From a virus (lineage: Duplodnaviria; Caudoviricetes): DNA of 31,251 nt. Position 1 is the stretch's first letter. Each line of letters opens with the position of its first letter. The translations under genes were made by a program, and so were the position numbers. This document shows, one piece after another, positions 27,922 through 31,251 of the stretch. Under the pieces are notes generated by a model. It was not told the origin of the DNA. It was given only the letters and a program-made list of their open reading frames with translations, and searched no databases. The stretch lies in IMG/VR virus record IMGVR_UViG_3300030372_000694, positions 1 through 31,251 of that record; one strand, 5' to 3'.

Positions 27922-28188
27922 ATGCCTAGTGAAAAGAGTACATATCGAGAATCAGGAGGTACTGGGTCAGCAGACCAAGGTTTCCAACATGAAGGGATGC
28001 CTGAGCCGTTTGGCAGTGGTTTCGGATATTACTCGATAAACCCTGAGATATTGAACTACGCTGAAAAACAGTGTGACGAGGAATCTTGGGGATGGTTTTT
28101 TGATAGAAAGATCGTAGAAGATACTTCACGCACGATAGGCATATTTTACCAAGAAAATAACATAAAAGGAGGATACCAATCTAGTTAG
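27922..28188 (+). CDS. Hypothetical protein
   Basis: 88 aa ORF filling the gap before the next promoter. No clear RBS, so the start is uncertain. Confidence 0.4.
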   Translation: MPSEKSTYRESGGTGSADQGFQHEGMPEPFGSGFGYYSINPEILNYAEKQCDEESWGWFFDRKIVEDTSRTIGIFYQENNIKGGYQSS

Positions 28189-28220
28189 TGCTTTACTTTC
28201 GTTTAGTCGGCGGTTACGCT
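28186..28220 (+). promoter_or_regulatory. TAGTGCTTTAC promoter
   Basis: TAGTGC-TTTACT, 17 bp spacer, TACGCT; hairpin CGTACC/GGTACG at 28230-28248. Confidence 0.75.
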
Positions 28221-28276
28221 ATATATAGGCGTACCGCCCACGGGTACGATTTTTAGAAAGAAGAAAGGAGACTTAT

Positions 28277-28792
28277 ATGAGTTTATCTCGAGACGACTAT
28301 CGCAGTCGTATACTAGAAGATTTCTTAGAAGATGTTCTAGGTTACAAAGACGGTACTAACCTTGCCGAGGCTTACGAAGAAGCTCACGAGCATTTCAGTA
28401 ATACTGATCCATTGATGCTATCCGATTACCGTTTAGCTACGACGACTCAGCTTGATATGGCTATTACTTACGGATATATCTGTAAGCCAGCTAGAGTGCT
28501 TAGTGCTTCTGAGTACCAGGATGTGCCGATTATTACCGCACTTGCTCCACACCGACAGGAGTTTTTACAGGAGCTTCTTGATTATGCGCGAGCTAGATCT
28601 AACAGAGATCCTAGATATCAGAGCATTTACTACGAGGACTTCAGAGAGTTTTTCGATTACTTCAAAAACATGGTAGGCGAGCACCAGAAAGCTTTCCGAC
28701 CTGTTGAGGTATCCGACGACACCGAGGCTGCTATCGACGATGACCGTTGCGAGTCCGATTACGCAGACGAGTACGTTACACAAGATGCCTAG
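28277..28792 (+). CDS. Acidic hypothetical protein
   Basis: 171 aa, AGAAAGGAGA RBS directly after the promoter. Confidence 0.7.
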   Translation: MSLSRDDYRSRILEDFLEDVLGYKDGTNLAEAYEEAHEHFSNTDPLMLSDYRLATTTQLDMAITYGYICKPARVLSASEYQDVPIITALAPHRQEFLQELLDYARARSNRDPRYQSIYYEDFREFFDYFKNMVGEHQKAFRPVEVSDDTEAAIDDDRCESDYADEYVTQDA

Positions 28793-29027
28793 ACGTTATA
28801 AACCAGTCCGTAATGTGAGGAAGCCGAAACCTGAGTTTCGGCCACTCACCCCACGTGTACGACCTGAGTGGCAGAGAGGGATTGACTACCCCTCTCGTAT
28901 GCCTACTAAAGATTGTACATACAAAGTAGATAACAGACCGACGACTACAGTTACTGTCGCACCAGCGTATAACAAAGGTGCATACCAAGTGATTCCTAGA
29001 TCTGACGTCGAGCATATTGGGAGGTAG
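28785..29027 (+). CDS. Conserved small phage protein (APAYNKGAYQVI motif)
   Basis: C-terminal VAPAYNKGAYQVI...IGR motif is common in small phage proteins. Start taken at ATG 28785. Confidence 0.7.
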   Translation: MPRRYKPVRNVRKPKPEFRPLTPRVRPEWQRGIDYPSRMPTKDCTYKVDNRPTTTVTVAPAYNKGAYQVIPRSDVEHIGR

Positions 29028-29061
29028 AGTGCCCATAGAAATAATATTCGGAGGAGAAGAA

Positions 29062-29346
29062 ATGCCTACAAAAGAGGTCCATTGGATTTGGGAAGAAGCG
29101 TTTCATAAATTTGGTTTTGGTGACGGTGACGGTTGGAACGGTACAGATCTTGTTGCAGCGTTTATTGAAGAGCAGGGTTATGAGACCGACTGCGATACTT
29201 GGGGCATACATAATTACATGATTATGGATATCAAACGAGGGGGAGCTTCGATTATGCCTGACGGTGTTGAGGCAGGTTATACCGACCCACGAACCTGGAT
29301 CCCAAAGACATTACAAGAGAAACTTGATGAGGAGTTTCGGGTTTAG
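29062..29346 (+). CDS. Hypothetical protein
   Basis: GGAGGAG RBS before ATG 29062; WEEAFHKFGFGDGDG...WGIHN motif. Confidence 0.7.
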   Translation: MPTKEVHWIWEEAFHKFGFGDGDGWNGTDLVAAFIEEQGYETDCDTWGIHNYMIMDIKRGGASIMPDGVEAGYTDPRTWIPKTLQEKLDEEFRV

Positions 29347-29378
29347 TGCTTTACTATCCTTTGGTCGGGGGTTACGCT
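29344..29378 (+). promoter_or_regulatory. TAGTGCTTTAC promoter
   Basis: TAGTGC-TTTACT, 17 bp spacer, TACGCT; hairpin CCCGCGC/GCGCGGG at 29385-29404. Confidence 0.75.
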
Positions 29379-29423
29379 TTATTACCCGCGCTATACCGCG
29401 CGGGGATAACTTAGAAAGGAGAA

Positions 29424-29618
29424 ATGATGGAAGACCAGGAACTACAAGATTGCGTTTTATGTGATGGCAAGATATTGCCACAAATAAACCCAGAAGACGG
29501 TGAGCCTTTTTGGTGGGGTGGCCATAACCCTGCTCCACTAGCTGACGAGGGTAAGTGTTGCGATTATTGTAACACGACTAAAGTGTTGGTTGCCAGGATT
29601 AAGGCGACGATGGCATGA
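29424..29618 (+). CDS. Small Zn-finger protein
   Basis: CVLC...GHNPAPL...CCDYCN; AGAAAGGAGA RBS. Confidence 0.75.
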   Translation: MMEDQELQDCVLCDGKILPQINPEDGEPFWWGGHNPAPLADEGKCCDYCNTTKVLVARIKATMA

Positions 29619-29758
29619 CAGATATAGAAGAAGAATGCGACCACGAGTGGACGTACCAACCTGCAGAGTATGAGACTTTGTCGGGTCGGGCGACCGTGTT
29701 GCAATACCCAGAGATGACGTATTGCGAAAAGTGTGGAATGATCTTAGAAGACGAATAA
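29615..29758 (+). CDS. Small Zn-ribbon protein (47 aa, not in the ORF track)
   Basis: ATGA overlap; MTDIEEECDHEW...YCEKCGMILEDE*. Confidence 0.6.
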   Translation: MTDIEEECDHEWTYQPAEYETLSGRATVLQYPEMTYCEKCGMILEDE

Positions 29759-29764
29759 CTTGAA

Positions 29765-29828
29765 TTGGCTCAGGGAATACTCCTCCCTAAGACACACGCC
29801 CCCCACCCGTGTGGAGCCGAAGGTGGGG
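29765..29828 (+). ncRNA. Candidate three-way-junction pseudoknot RNA
   Basis: Four complementary pairings in 64 nt: TTGGCTC/GAGCCGA, AGGGA/TCCCT, CACACG/CGTGTG, CCCCACC/GGTGGGG. Confidence 0.55.
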
Positions 29829-29837
29829 ACTCTCCCT

Positions 29838-29872
29838 TAGTGCTTTACCCTCGTTTAGTCGCGCCTTATAAT
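29838..29872 (+). promoter_or_regulatory. TAGTGCTTTAC promoter with perfect -10 box
   Basis: TAGTGC-TTTACC, 17 bp spacer, TATAAT; hairpin GCGCG-TTTA-CGCGC at 29879-29892. Confidence 0.8.
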
Positions 29873-29921
29873 ATAGGGGCGCGTTTACGCGCGTAGGATT
29901 TTACTTAGAAAGGAGAAAGAT

Positions 29922-30263
29922 ATGCTAAAGAGCATTACGATAGGTCAGATTATGACTAGTGGGGAGTGGCTCGAGTACCACGTACACCCAGAGTTAGAAT
30001 TAGCTTTAAGGACTGCTTCGAAAGAAGAAGAGTTATCTGAAGCGATACAAAACCTGAGAGACGGGAAAGATTCTTGGTTCACCGATGCGTGGAAAATACC
30101 TGAAAGTGCTGAGGGGGTAAAGATTACCGTATGGCACGAAACTGAGTGGATGGATCCTGGTGATTGGTCGATTCTTATGTGGAGGGATACTACGAACGTT
30201 GGCAGAATGGTAGGACTTAGAACTTGTAGCCACGGTTGGATTTATTTACAGAAAATACTTTAG
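29922..30263 (+). CDS. Hypothetical protein
   Basis: 113 aa, AGAAAGGAGA RBS. Confidence 0.7.
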   Translation: MLKSITIGQIMTSGEWLEYHVHPELELALRTASKEEELSEAIQNLRDGKDSWFTDAWKIPESAEGVKITVWHETEWMDPGDWSILMWRDTTNVGRMVGLRTCSHGWIYLQKIL

Positions 30264-30279
30264 AAAGGAGAAAGATAAA

Positions 30280-30609
30280 GTGAACGAACCTGATTATGTA
30301 ACACCGTTTCTAATAAACGATAAACATTGGGAACCAGTGAGTTACGAAGGATCTGACGAGAAACAAAACTTCAAAGAAGAAGCTTATGACGTGGTGGGAA
30401 AAGAACTACCTAGCGACTACCTCGAAGATCTTAAAGGTGACCCACGGGTTGAGTATTTAGAAACTAACATCTGGAATGGGATATCTTTAGCGACTACGAT
30501 TATGTTCAGAGCCGAGGATAAAGAATATTTGCTCCACGTAACCGAACGAGAGGGATCACATATTTTTGACATTAACCGCTGGACTTTAAGTCACTGGGAT
30601 TCACCTTAA
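30280..30609 (+). CDS. Hypothetical protein
   Basis: 109 aa, GTG start with AGAAAGGAGA RBS. Confidence 0.65.
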   Translation: MNEPDYVTPFLINDKHWEPVSYEGSDEKQNFKEEAYDVVGKELPSDYLEDLKGDPRVEYLETNIWNGISLATTIMFRAEDKEYLLHVTEREGSHIFDINRWTLSHWDSP

Positions 30610-30610
30610 G

Positions 30611-30782
30611 GATATTAGAGTTATTAGTCTATTTAGAAAAAAAACTTTTTTTAAAAAAATTAACAAAAACGACTAATAGAGTAATAGAAGTAATAGAATT
30701 TTGTTGAAAGGCTCTTGGAACGAGAGTTGTGAGCCGTGAAGAGTGTCAGTGAAAAGTAATAGAATATATTAGTTCTATTAGT
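30611..30782. repeat. AT-rich TAATAG/CTATTA repeat element, copy 2
   Basis: Tandem TAATAGA repeats at 30674-30697, A/T tracts at 30637-30661; inverted homology to 13761-13920. Confidence 0.8.
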
Positions 30783-30892
30783 TCTGAAACAGAGAATAGA
30801 TAAGAGAGGCCACGAGCAAAAGTTTACATTTTTATATTTTATTTTCTTTCTGATATATAGTTTGACCCATCGGAACCCCTCGGAACTATTGG

Positions 30893-31251
30893 ATGAAAGA
30901 CCTACAGTACACTCCCATGATCCCTGCTGATGACGGCAACGGCTACCTTGACCCCGATGGTAAGAGGTGGCAACCACTGAATCCGAAACAAAAGAAGTTC
31001 GCTCGAGAGTACATGAAAGGCCAGAACGCAACGGAGGCAGCGGTCAAGGCTGGATACACTAAGAATCGAGCAGCTGCAAAGAGGCAGGGCAGCGTCTTAC
31101 TCAACCACAACCCACTTCTGAGAAATTATCTGATCGACCAGGAAATCAAGGAGGCAGAGAGAGATAGAGTTTCCATGGAAGGACATCTCTCGGCACTCCA
31201 TGACTTGAGGGAGGAGGCGAGGGACCAAGGCCAAATCAACGCAGCTATCAC
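30893..31251 (+). CDS. terS: Terminase small subunit, 3' truncated (not in the ORF track)
   Basis: Translation MKDLQYTP...LNPKQKKFAREYMKGQNATEAAVKAGY... matches the TerS HTH signature; the frame is open to the window end. Confidence 0.88.
   Translation, partial: MKDLQYTPMIPADDGNGYLDPDGKRWQPLNPKQKKFAREYMKGQNATEAAVKAGYTKNRAAAKRQGSVLLNHNPLLRNYLIDQEIKEAERDRVSMEGHLSALHDLREEARDQGQINAAI

Noticed and set aside
1145-29538. Numerous minus-strand and nested ORFs in the track (e.g. 2201-2554, 9600-9962, 18750-19256, 22459-22959, 26747-27139)
   Set aside because: They are antisense or out-of-frame shadows of well-supported genes, with no RBS or recognisable motifs.
29765-29828. HDV-like or hammerhead ribozyme
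   Set aside because: The helix order does not fit the HDV fold on either strand, and the CUGANGA/GAAA core is absent.
30611-30782. Short repeats as a possible CRISPR array
   Set aside because: The repeats are only 6-9 bp and lack regular 30-40 bp spacers; no cas genes are present.
30660-31031. 123 aa minus-strand ORF
   Set aside because: It overlaps the clear terS frame and the AT-rich repeat element; the sequence is not protein-like.

Overview
This is a 31 kb AT-rich piece of a tailed dsDNA bacteriophage genome. It resembles uncultured marine podovirus-like phages; the host cannot be determined from the sequence. 1-12242 (+) is the end of the virion module: a tail/stabilisation protein, two small basic proteins and a run of large Gly/Ala/acidic internal (ejection-type) proteins. 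12234-13676 (-) is an SNF2 helicase. 13978-24593 (+) is a replication and nucleotide-modification module: SSB-like protein, AEP-type primase, UvrD helicase, SAM methyltransferase, 5-hmdU DNA kinase-like protein, thymidylate-synthase-family enzyme, Nmad1/DUF1599-like protein, family A DNA polymerase, HTH protein and VRR-NUC nuclease. 24689-30609 (+) holds small early/accessory genes driven by a repeated TAGTGCTTTAC promoter cassette. 30893->31251 is the terminase small subunit. The best candidate for a new system is a thymidine-hypermodification operon that pairs hmdU synthesis and a hmdU DNA kinase with a SAM methyltransferase but has no recognisable amino-acid:DNA transferase. Also notable are two inverted ~170 bp TAATAG-repeat elements bracketing the replication/early region and two intergenic structured-RNA candidates. 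All family assignments come from motif recognition by eye, not database searches.
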